From Planctomycetales bacterium (GTDB lineage Bacteria; Planctomycetota; JAKEIC01): 64,000 nt of DNA. Of this stretch, positions 19,214 to 27,208 are shown one piece after another. Every line of letters starts with the position of its first letter. The stretch's first letter is position 1. A program made the translations under genes and the position numbers. Where the stretch lies: positions 4,012 to 68,011 of the forward strand of contig JAKEIC010000342.1 of NCBI GenBank assembly GCA_022614695.1, given 5' to 3'. Under the pieces are notes generated by a model. That model saw only the letters and a program-made list of their open reading frames with translations, was not told where the DNA came from and did no database searches.

Positions 19214-21412
19214 GTGCGGGGCGACGCGGCGCCAATGACGTCTGGTCCCCCCCTCGAGCCTCGCGCCTTCCTCACCGACTTCGGCCTGGCGAAAGCCGTC
19301 GCGACCGGCTCGAAGCTGACTCGGACTGGCGAGGCGCTCGGCACGCCGGCCTACATGTCCCCCGAGCAGGCGCGTGGGGAGATCTCCTCGCTCAGCCCTG
19401 CGACGGACGTCTGGAGCCTCGGCTGCGTCCTGTACGAGCTGCTCGCCTCCCGGCCCCCGTGGCAGGGGGGAACGACGGCAGCCGTCATCGCGGGGGTGCT
19501 CGCTCGCGAGCCCGTCCCGATCCGCAGGGTCCGATCTGACGTTCCGCCGGGCGCGGAGTCGGTCCTGATTCAGACCTTGGCGAAGGCGCAGAGAGACCGC
19601 TATCGCGATGCGGGCCCGCTGCGCGACGACCTCGAGCGGTTGCTCCGCGACGAGCGGCCCCTGGCGCGTCGGCCCGGTCGTCGCCGGCGCCTCGTGCTGG
19701 GACTCGGCGCCGCGACCGGCGCGGCGGCGTGCGTCGTGGCCGCCGCCCTGCCCGGGCCGCCGGCGCTCCCGGCATCGTTGGCCCCTCCGCCGACGGCGGG
19801 GCGCGCGGAGAGCATCGTCCAGGCGGCCCTGCGGGTCCGTCCCGCGGACCCGGCGAAGGCCGCCGGACTCCTCGCGGAGGCGCTGGCACTCGAGCCCGCC
19901 TCAGCGGTCTGGCGGCGGGATCGAGCCGACTGTCTCCGCGAGTGCGGGGAGTGGAGGGAGGCGGTGGCCGAATACGACCGGGTCCTGGCGACCCTCCCCG
20001 GCGACCTCGCGGCCCGGTTCGGCCGAGGGCTCGCGAGGTGGCTCGGAGTCTCGACGGGGGACCGCACGCTCGGGAACCCCAAGCCCGACCTCGGGGACGT
20101 CGGCGCCCGCGACCCGGGCTGGCAAGGAGCCCTCTCCCGGGCCATCCTGGCGCACGACGCGGGACGCTGGGAGGACGCTGAGCGCGAGATCGCCTCCGCG
20201 CGCGATCGCACGGCGGCGCTGGGGATCAGCGCGCTGCTCCGCCACCACGGGGGGACCGGAGACCTGGAGGCACAGCGGCGCGCCATCCAGGAGTTCACCC
20301 AGGCGATCGAGCAGGGACCGCCCCAGCGGTGGCTCTACTACGAGCGAGGACACGCCAAGGAGATCGCGGCCGACCTGCGCGGGGCCCTCGAGGACTATAC
20401 GGCCTCGATCGAGCTGTCCGCGGAGTACAGCTCTGCCCGCATCCGACGCGCCCTCCTGCGGGCAAAGCTCGGGGACGCGCCCGGATCGGAGGAGGACTTC
20501 CAGGTCGCCTTCCGGAACACGACTCCCGATGCCGGACTCCACATCGAGAGGGCCTTCGCTCGCGTGACCTTGGGGCGCCTCGCCGAGGCGCTGGGGGACT
20601 ATGACGCCGCCCTCCGCCTGGATCCGGACAACGCCGAGGCCTATCACGGCCGCTCGAGCGTCCGCAAGGACCTGGGGGATCTCCGGGGCGCCGTCGAAGA
20701 TTGCTCCGCGGCGATCCGTCTCCGTCCCGCCTTTCCTGCAGCCTTGAGCAACCGCGGGGCGTGGAGGATGGCTCTCGACGAACCCCGCTCCGCGCTCGAG
20801 GACTTCGAGGCCTCGCTCCGCCTCCGGCCGAACGATCCGATCGCTCGGTTCAACCGGGGAAACGCGCGGTACGCCCTCGGGGAGCTGGCGGGTGCGGTCG
20901 ACGACTACACGGCCGTGATCCCCATGCGTCCGGACTCCCCGGAGCCGCTGAACAATCGTGGCAATGCCCGCCGCTGGCTCGGTGACCTGGCGGGCGCGAT
21001 CGAGGACTACGGCGCCGCGCTCCGCGTCCAGCCCGGGTTCATGCCGGCGCTCCGCAATCGGGCGGAGGCGCGGGAGAGGCTCGGAGACCTCTCCGGGGCA
21101 CTCGCCGACGCGGAGGCCGTGCTGGCGTCGCGTCCGGGATTCCCTCCGTGCCTCGCGACGCGGGCGCTCGTCCTCGCCCGCTCGGGGCGGCTGGACGAGG
21201 CGCTCACGGAGGCGGCCCGGGCCGTGGCGGCGGGCCCGGCGGCTGCGCCCCATGCCCACGCCGCCCGCGGCTTGGCCCTGCTCCGTCAGGGGAGGCTCGC
21301 GGACGCCGTGGCCGAGTTCGAGGAGTTCGAGTCGCACGCAGGCCGCTACGACCCTGTCCGCCCGGACGCCGCGACTTGGAAGGCGGAGGCCCTCCAGGGC
21401 GCCTCGAAGTAG
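19214..21412 (+). CDS. N-lobe-less kinase C-lobe - TM - TPR protein, array copy P4
   Basis: Same N-terminal block as the other copies. The ectodomain has diverged most from the others. An alternative ATG lies at 19235. Confidence 0.8.
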   Translation: MRGDAAPMTSGPPLEPRAFLTDFGLAKAVATGSKLTRTGEALGTPAYMSPEQARGEISSLSPATDVWSLGCVLYELLASRPPWQGGTTAAVIAGVLAREPVPIRRVRSDVPPGAESVLIQTLAKAQRDRYRDAGPLRDDLERLLRDERPLARRPGRRRRLVLGLGAATGAAACVVAAALPGPPALPASLAPPPTAGRAESIVQAALRVRPADPAKAAGLLAEALALEPASAVWRRDRADCLRECGEWREAVAEYDRVLATLPGDLAARFGRGLARWLGVSTGDRTLGNPKPDLGDVGARDPGWQGALSRAILAHDAGRWEDAEREIASARDRTAALGISALLRHHGGTGDLEAQRRAIQEFTQAIEQGPPQRWLYYERGHAKEIAADLRGALEDYTASIELSAEYSSARIRRALLRAKLGDAPGSEEDFQVAFRNTTPDAGLHIERAFARVTLGRLAEALGDYDAALRLDPDNAEAYHGRSSVRKDLGDLRGAVEDCSAAIRLRPAFPAALSNRGAWRMALDEPRSALEDFEASLRLRPNDPIARFNRGNARYALGELAGAVDDYTAVIPMRPDSPEPLNNRGNARRWLGDLAGAIEDYGAALRVQPGFMPALRNRAEARERLGDLSGALADAEAVLASRPGFPPCLATRALVLARSGRLDEALTEAARAVAAGPAAAPHAHAARGLALLRQGRLADAVAEFEEFESHAGRYDPVRPDAATWKAEALQGASK

Positions 21413-21415
21413 GAT
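21410..21415 (+). promoter_or_regulatory. TAGGAT -10-like hexamer on the P4 stop, 6 nt before GTG 21422
   Basis: Read directly: aagTAGGATcgcgtcGTGcgc. Confidence 0.4.
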
Positions 21416-21421
21416 CGCGTC

Positions 21422-23896
21422 GTGCGCGGCGACGCGGCACCGATGACATCCGGCCCCACAGTCGAGCCTCGCGCCTTCCTCGCCGACTTCGGCCTCGCGA
21501 AAGCCGTCGCGACCGGCTCGAAGCTGACCCGCACTGGCCAGGCCCTCGGCACCCCGGCGTACATGTCACCCGAGCAGGCGCGGGGGGAGGTCTCCGCGCT
21601 CACCCCCGCGACGGACCTGTGGAGTCTCGGGTGCGTCCTCTACGAGATGCTCGCCAGCCGCCCACCGTTCGAGGGCGACACGGACGCCGCTGTGGTGGGC
21701 AACGTCATATTCGCGGAATCGCCGAGGCTGCGGACCCTCCGGGCAGACGTCTCGCAGGGCCTCGAGTGCGTCGTGCGGGTATGCCTTGGGAAACGCGTCC
21801 AGGACCGGCACACGGAGGCGGGGGCGCTGAGGGACGACCTCGACCGCGTGCTCCGAGGCGAGAGGCCGACGGCGCGTCCCGACGGGTCATGGGTGCGGAA
21901 GGCCGCGGTGGCCGCCCTCTGCGTGGCCTCGGTCTCGTGGGCCGCTGCCTACACCTTGCGGGGGCGGGGGCCGGAGGGACTCCCCGCGACAGCCTCCTCC
22001 TCGCCTTCGGCCGCGGAGGCGCTCGCGACCAGGGCCCGGGCCCTGCGGCAGTCGGACCCCCGCCGGGCGGCCGAGGTCCTCCGGGCGGCGCTCGAACGGG
22101 AGCCCTCGCGGGACGACCTGCGGCTAGAGAGGGGCCTCCTCCTCTGGGCGGTCGGAGAGAACGCGGAGGCCCGCGAGGAGTGGGGCCGGATCGGGTACGG
22201 GTCCTCCGAAGGGACGCAGGCGAAGCTCTTCCTCGCCCTCGAAGTGTTCTTCCGGATGGCGGGAGCCGAATCGCGGCCGCACCTCGTGGCCCTGAGGGAG
22301 GCCCCGGGCCGGGTGGGAAGTCTCGCTCGCGGGGCCGTCCGGGTGCTCGACAGTGAGTGGTCGCGGGCCCGGGAGGACCTCAGGGGAGTCGAGGGCTGGG
22401 AGGCGCACCTGCTCCGGGGCTACATCGAGAGTTGGGACCCCGCGGGCGACCGCGCGGCGGCGGTGCGGGCGTACGGGTCCGCACTCGACTCCTGGATACC
22501 CTTCGCCTGGGCCTGGAACAACCGCGGCGTCGCGAGGCGGGCGATCGGGGAGGACGCGGGGGCGGTGGCGGACTACAGCCGTGCCCTCCAGCTGGACCCC
22601 CGCTACGCGGAGGCCTGGAACAACCGCGGCAACGCGAAGGGGCGCCTCGGGGACCACGCCGCGGCTGTGGCGGACCTGGACCGCGCCCTCGAGCTCAACC
22701 CGCGGTACGCGGATGCCTGGAACAACCGCGGCGCTGCGAAGCGGGCCCTCGGGGACTACGCGGGGGCTGTGGCCGATCTCGACCGCGCCCTCGAGCTCGA
22801 CCCGCGGTACGCGACGACTTGGCACAACCGCGCTGTCGCGAAGCAGGCCCTCGGCGACCTCGCGGGAGCGATCGCGGACTACGGACGAGGCATCGAGCTG
22901 GACCCGCGGCTCCCGGCGGCCTGGAGCAACCGCGCTGCCGCCAAGGCCGCCCTCGGCGACCTGGCGGGGGCGATGGCAGACTGGGACCAAACCCTCGGGA
23001 TCGACCCGCAGTTCGCGGAGGCGTGGAACAACCGCGGCGGAGCGAAGCGGCTCCTCGGCGACCCCGCCGGGGCCCTGGCGGACCTGGACCATGCCCTCGG
23101 GCTCGACCCGCGGTCCGCGTGGACTTGGCACCACCGTGGACTCGCGAAGCGCGACCTCGGGGACCTCGCGGGGGCGGTGGCGGACCTGGACCGCGCCCTC
23201 GAGCTCGACCCGCGGAACGCGGGGGTCTGGAACAACCGCGGCCTCGCGAAGCGGGACCTCGGGGACCTCGCAGGGGCGGTCGCGGACCTGGACCGCGCCC
23301 TCGAGCTCGACCCGCGGCTCGCGGTATCCTGGTCGAACCGCGGCGCGGCGAAGCGGCGACTCGCGGACCACGCGGGAGCCGTCGCGGATCTCGATCGCGC
23401 CCTCGAGCTCGATCCGCGGAACGCGGCAGGCTGGGCGGACCGCAGCCTCGCGAAGCGGGACCTCGGGGACCCCGCAGGGGCGGTCACGGATGGCAACCGC
23501 TCCCTCGAGCTCGACCCGCGGAACGCGGCGGCCTGGAACATTCGCGGAGTCGCGAAGAGGGACCTCGGAGACCTCGCGGGCGCCCTCGAGGACCTCTCGA
23601 CCGCGATCCGCCTGGCGCCGGAGGGCCCATTCGGCTACAGCAACCGCGGTCTCGTGTTCGCGGGTCTCGGCCGCCTCGACGAGGCCCTCGCCGACGCCGA
23701 GAAGGCCCTCTCGATGGACCCGAAGGGGCCCTACTACGCCTACGCGGCCCGGGGGCTCGTGTTCATCCGGCAGGGGAAGCACGCGGCGGCCCTTGCCGAT
23801 CTCGAGCGCTTCGAGTCGCTCGCGATACCGGCCGACCCGCTCCGGAAGGACGTCGCCGCCTGGAAGGCGGAGGCGGCGCGGGGAGCGCCGAAGTAG
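21422..23896 (+). CDS. N-lobe-less kinase C-lobe - TM - long TPR array protein, array copy P5
   Basis: Same N-terminal block, here with AFLADFG. The ectodomain contains about 12 consecutive 34-aa TPRs. An alternative ATG lies at 21443. Confidence 0.8.
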   Translation: MRGDAAPMTSGPTVEPRAFLADFGLAKAVATGSKLTRTGQALGTPAYMSPEQARGEVSALTPATDLWSLGCVLYEMLASRPPFEGDTDAAVVGNVIFAESPRLRTLRADVSQGLECVVRVCLGKRVQDRHTEAGALRDDLDRVLRGERPTARPDGSWVRKAAVAALCVASVSWAAAYTLRGRGPEGLPATASSSPSAAEALATRARALRQSDPRRAAEVLRAALEREPSRDDLRLERGLLLWAVGENAEAREEWGRIGYGSSEGTQAKLFLALEVFFRMAGAESRPHLVALREAPGRVGSLARGAVRVLDSEWSRAREDLRGVEGWEAHLLRGYIESWDPAGDRAAAVRAYGSALDSWIPFAWAWNNRGVARRAIGEDAGAVADYSRALQLDPRYAEAWNNRGNAKGRLGDHAAAVADLDRALELNPRYADAWNNRGAAKRALGDYAGAVADLDRALELDPRYATTWHNRAVAKQALGDLAGAIADYGRGIELDPRLPAAWSNRAAAKAALGDLAGAMADWDQTLGIDPQFAEAWNNRGGAKRLLGDPAGALADLDHALGLDPRSAWTWHHRGLAKRDLGDLAGAVADLDRALELDPRNAGVWNNRGLAKRDLGDLAGAVADLDRALELDPRLAVSWSNRGAAKRRLADHAGAVADLDRALELDPRNAAGWADRSLAKRDLGDPAGAVTDGNRSLELDPRNAAAWNIRGVAKRDLGDLAGALEDLSTAIRLAPEGPFGYSNRGLVFAGLGRLDEALADAEKALSMDPKGPYYAYAARGLVFIRQGKHAAALADLERFESLAIPADPLRKDVAAWKAEAARGAPK
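22511..23734 (+). repeat. in-frame 102-bp tandem repeat (about 12 units) encoding TPRs inside P5
   Basis: The unit start (g/a)c(c/t)tgg(a/c)acaaccgcgg recurs at 22511, 22613, 22715, 22817, 22919, 23021, 23123, 23225, 23327, 23429, 23531 and 23633. Several neighbouring units are near-identical (..GDLAGAVADLDRALELDPRNA..WNNRGLAKRDL). Confidence 0.8.
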
Positions 23897-23899
23897 GAT
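23894..23899 (+). promoter_or_regulatory. TAGGAT -10-like hexamer on the P5 stop, 6 nt before the ggt GTG 23906
   Basis: Read directly: aagTAGGATcgcgccGTGcgcggc. It matches the intra-array junctions for about 27 nt. Confidence 0.4.
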
Positions 23900-23905
23900 C
23901 GCGCC

Positions 23906-25648
23906 GTGCGCGGCCACGCCACGCTCGCGCTCCTCGCGGCCCTCGCCTGCTCGCGACCCGAGCCGGCAGCCGTCCCCGCGGCCGCGGCTGTCTCCGCGCC
24001 CGCCCCCCTCCGCACCGACGCCGCCGTCGCGACGGCCGAGCCGTTCGCCACGCACGCCGCCGCCGACGTGCTCGCCGACGGCGGGAACGCCGTGGATGCG
24101 GCCGTCTGCGCGGCGCTCACGCTCGCCGTCACCTACCCCTCTGCCGGGAACCTCGGGGGCGGGGGGTTCCTCGTCACGTGGGACCCCGGCACCCGCGAGG
24201 CGCACGCGCTCGACTTCCGCGAGACGGCGCCGGCGGCCGCGACTCGGGACATGTACCTCGGGCCGGACGGCAATCCCGACCCGGAGAAGAGCCTCGAAGG
24301 TCACCTCGCGGTCGGGGTCCCGGGCTCGGTCCGCGGGCTCTCCGCGGCGCACCGGAAGTTCGGTCGGCTCCCGTGGAAGAGCCTCGTCCTCCCCGCGATC
24401 CACCTCGCGGAGGAGGGGATCCCCGTCTCGGCCGGGCTCGCGGGCGAGTTCAAGCGCCACGCCGAGAAGCTCGCGAGGTATCCGGCGAGTGCGGCGGCGT
24501 TCCTCAAGGCCGACGGCTCGCCCCACGGGAAGGGCGACTCGTGGAAGCAGCCCGACCTCGCGAGGACCCTCCGCCGGATCGCCGAGGGCCCCTCGGACTT
24601 CTACACGGGCGAGACCGCCCGCCTCATCGTCGAGGAGATGAAGCGCGGGGGGGGGATCCTCGACGTCCACGACCTCTCGTGCTACTCGGCTGCCTGGCGC
24701 GACCCGATCCGGGTGCCGTACCGCGGGCGCGAGGTGGTCTCGATGCCGCCGCCGAGCAGCGGAGGCGTCTGCGTCGGGATGATCCTGCGGGTCCTCGAGG
24801 GCTGGACGCCCGCCGAGATCCGGCTCGACGACCCGGCCGGCGCGCACCGGTACGTCGAGGCGGCGCGGCGCGTCTACGCGGACCGGTCGCAGCACCTCGG
24901 GGACCCGGACCAGTGGCGGGTGCCGCTGGCGTGGCTCCTCTCGCCCGCGTACGCCGCCGAGCGGCGGGCGACGATCCGGATGGACGGGGCGACGGGGTCG
25001 CGTAACGTCGCGCCGGGCGCCGAGCCGAGGCGCGAGGGGGTCCACACCACCCACCTCTCTGTCCTCGACTTCGACGGCCGGGCCGCCTCGCTCACGACCA
25101 CGATCAACTCGGGCTACGGATCGCACGTGACCGTCGGCGGGGCCGGGTTCCTCCTCAACAACGAAATGGACGACTTCTCGGCGAAGCCCGGCGCCCCGAA
25201 CCTCTACGGGCTCGTGGGCGGCGAGGCGAACGCGGTCGCCCCGGGGAAGCGCATGCTCTCGTCCATGGCGCCGACCGTGGTCCTCGAGGACGGCCGCGCG
25301 CGGCTCGTCGTCGGGACCCCCGGCGGCTCGACGATCATCACGAGCGTCTTCCAGGTAGTGACTCGCGTCGTGGATCAGGGCGAGTCCCTGGAGGCGGCCG
25401 TCGCAGCCCCCCGGCTCCACCACCAGTGGCTCCCGGACAAGCTCTTCCACGAGAAGGGCCGGGCGCCCCCCCCGGCCCTCCTCGAGGCGCTCGCGAAGCT
25501 CGGCCACACGCTCGAGCCCCGCCCCGAGATCGGGGACGTCTGCGCGATCGCGGTGGACGGGGCCGGCCGCGCCACCGCCGTCGCCGACCCGCGGGGACGG
25601 GGGCTCGCGAGGACGCTCCCGGCCTGGTCTCGCCCCGAGACCAAGTGA
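23906..25648 (+). CDS. ggt: gamma-glutamyltransferase
   Basis: It has a signal peptide. GGT blocks are present: GNLGGGGF, the autoprocessing-site region TTHLSVLD, NNEMDDFS and SSMAPT. Confidence 0.9.
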   Translation: MRGHATLALLAALACSRPEPAAVPAAAAVSAPAPLRTDAAVATAEPFATHAAADVLADGGNAVDAAVCAALTLAVTYPSAGNLGGGGFLVTWDPGTREAHALDFRETAPAAATRDMYLGPDGNPDPEKSLEGHLAVGVPGSVRGLSAAHRKFGRLPWKSLVLPAIHLAEEGIPVSAGLAGEFKRHAEKLARYPASAAAFLKADGSPHGKGDSWKQPDLARTLRRIAEGPSDFYTGETARLIVEEMKRGGGILDVHDLSCYSAAWRDPIRVPYRGREVVSMPPPSSGGVCVGMILRVLEGWTPAEIRLDDPAGAHRYVEAARRVYADRSQHLGDPDQWRVPLAWLLSPAYAAERRATIRMDGATGSRNVAPGAEPRREGVHTTHLSVLDFDGRAASLTTTINSGYGSHVTVGGAGFLLNNEMDDFSAKPGAPNLYGLVGGEANAVAPGKRMLSSMAPTVVLEDGRARLVVGTPGGSTIITSVFQVVTRVVDQGESLEAAVAAPRLHHQWLPDKLFHEKGRAPPPALLEALAKLGHTLEPRPEIGDVCAIAVDGAGRATAVADPRGRGLARTLPAWSRPETK

Positions 25649-26883
25649 GCCCGTCCGAGCCCCCGCGCTCGCCGCTCGCGCGCCTCGCCGCCTCCCTCGC
25701 CCTCACGCGCGAGACGGTCGCCGTGCTCGTGGCCGTCTTCTGCCTCGAGCTCGGGGAGGAGCTCTGGAAGGAGTTCTTCCCCGACTACCTCCGGAATTCG
25801 CTCGGCGCGTCGGTCCTCGGAGTCGCGGTCTACTCCGCCGCGCGGAACCTGATGGAGGGGCTGCTCTTCCTGGGCGGCGCCTCGTTCACGCAGAGGCTCG
25901 GCGTCCGTGGGAGCATGGCCGTCGCGACTCTCGTCCCGCTCGCGGGCTACTTCCTGCTGCTCGGGTACGGGGTCCCGGGCCTCGCCGTCGCCGGGGCGCT
26001 CGCCGTCTCCTCGTTCGAGGCGCTCTCGGTCCCCTCGACGTTCGTGGTCGTGGGAGCGAGCGTCCCGAAGGGGAAGCGGACCCTCGCGTTCGCGATCCAG
26101 AGCATCCAGAAGCGGCTGCCGAAGATCGTCGGCCCCGCGCTCGCCGGCCTCGTCGTCGCCGCCTCGGTCCGCCTCGGGGGCGAGAGGGCGGGGCTCCGGC
26201 GCGGGATGCTCGGGCTGGTCGGGGCCGGGATGGCGCTCGCGTGCGTCTCGCTCGCTGTCCAGTGGTGGCTCCTCGCCCGGGCGACCCCGCCCCGCCCGCC
26301 CGCCCCGTGGCGGGCGGCCTGGCGCGCGATGGACCCCTTCCTCCGGAGGCTCCTCCTCTCCGAGTGCCTCGTCCGCTGGTGCGACTGGATGGTGCGGGAC
26401 TTCGCCGTCCTCTACGTCGTCTCGGAGCTCGCCCGGGACCGGGCGGAGTACGGGGGCCTCGTCGCGCTCCAGATGACGGTCGCGCTCGCGACCTACATCC
26501 CGGTCGCGTTCCTCGCGGACCGCGGGCGGGAGCGGCCGCTCATCGGCACGACGTTCGTCTTCTTCGCGCTCTTCCCGCTCGTCCTCTGGGGAGGCTGGAT
26601 CGTCGCCGGTCCGGCCGGTCTCGTCCTCGCCTACGTCGTGAACGGCCTCCGCGAGATCGGGGAGCCGGCCCGGAAGGCGATCATCACGACGCGCTTCCCC
26701 GAGGAGGTGCGGGCGGCGGGCGTGGGACTCTACTGGGGGATCCGCGCGTTCGTCCTCTGCCCCGCCCCGCTCGTCGCCGCCGCGATCTGGACGGCGGCCT
26801 CGCCCGGGGCGGTCCTCGTCGCGGCGTTCGGGTTCGGGGTGGCGGGGACGGCGATCTACGCGGTGACGGCGAGGAGATCCTAA
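25645..26883 (+). CDS. MFS-type transporter
   Basis: The GTG overlaps the ggt stop (GTGA). It has roughly 12 hydrophobic helices with an MFS-like loop arrangement. Confidence 0.75.
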   Translation: MSPSEPPRSPLARLAASLALTRETVAVLVAVFCLELGEELWKEFFPDYLRNSLGASVLGVAVYSAARNLMEGLLFLGGASFTQRLGVRGSMAVATLVPLAGYFLLLGYGVPGLAVAGALAVSSFEALSVPSTFVVVGASVPKGKRTLAFAIQSIQKRLPKIVGPALAGLVVAASVRLGGERAGLRRGMLGLVGAGMALACVSLAVQWWLLARATPPRPPAPWRAAWRAMDPFLRRLLLSECLVRWCDWMVRDFAVLYVVSELARDRAEYGGLVALQMTVALATYIPVAFLADRGRERPLIGTTFVFFALFPLVLWGGWIVAGPAGLVLAYVVNGLREIGEPARKAIITTRFPEEVRAAGVGLYWGIRAFVLCPAPLVAAAIWTAASPGAVLVAAFGFGVAGTAIYAVTARRS

Positions 26884-27206
26884 CCGGCGACCGGCTGCTC
26901 CGACACGAGCACGTCCTCCCCCTCGACACGCACCTCGTGGCGCGAGACCTTGCCGCCGGGCCGCGTGAGGCAGTCGCCGGTCGTCGCGTCGTAGGTCCAG
27001 CCGTGCCAGGGGCAGGTGACGACCTTGCCCTCGAGCATCCCCTCCCCGAGGGGCCCCCCGCGGTGGAGGCAGGTGTTGTCGAGCGCGTGGAACGTCCCGT
27101 CCACGTTGAAGAGGGCGAGCGGGCGCCCGGCGACCGTGACGGTCCGGGCGTCTCCCGGTAGGAGGTCCTTCGTCGTGGCGACCTTCACGAAGCCGGGGAT
27201 CTCCAC
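26880..27206 (-). CDS. small Rieske [2Fe-2S] ferredoxin-like protein
   Basis: Motif CLHRGGPL...CPWHGW. AGGAGG lies 5 nt before the GTG at 27206. The rest of ORF 26880..29204 is an artefact. Confidence 0.85.
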   Translation of the reverse strand: MEIPGFVKVATTKDLLPGDARTVTVAGRPLALFNVDGTFHALDNTCLHRGGPLGEGMLEGKVVTCPWHGWTYDATTGDCLTRPGGKVSRHEVRVEGEDVLVSEQPVAG

Positions 27207-27208
27207 AG

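Noticed and set aside
22511-23734. Regular 102-bp repeats as a CRISPR-like or satellite array
   Set aside because: The period is exactly 34 codons, in frame, and encodes canonical TPR helices inside P5. There is no repeat-spacer structure.
13042-23896. Half-kinase array as silent cassettes of a recombinase-driven shufflon or antigenic-variation system
   Set aside because: I saw no invertase, integrase or flanking inverted repeats in the window. Each copy has its own start codon and -10-like hexamer and an intact ORF. The full-length kinases K2 and K3 do not share the conserved 3' block needed for cassette exchange. Gene conversion between copies remains possible.
14702-25507. Giant antisense ORFs 14702..19096(-) and 22124..25507(-), plus many 100-400-aa ORFs over the kinase/TPR array
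   Set aside because: They lie antisense or off-frame to the TPR and ggt genes and have RPG-rich composition with no motifs. The sense frames carry kinase, TPR and GGT signatures.
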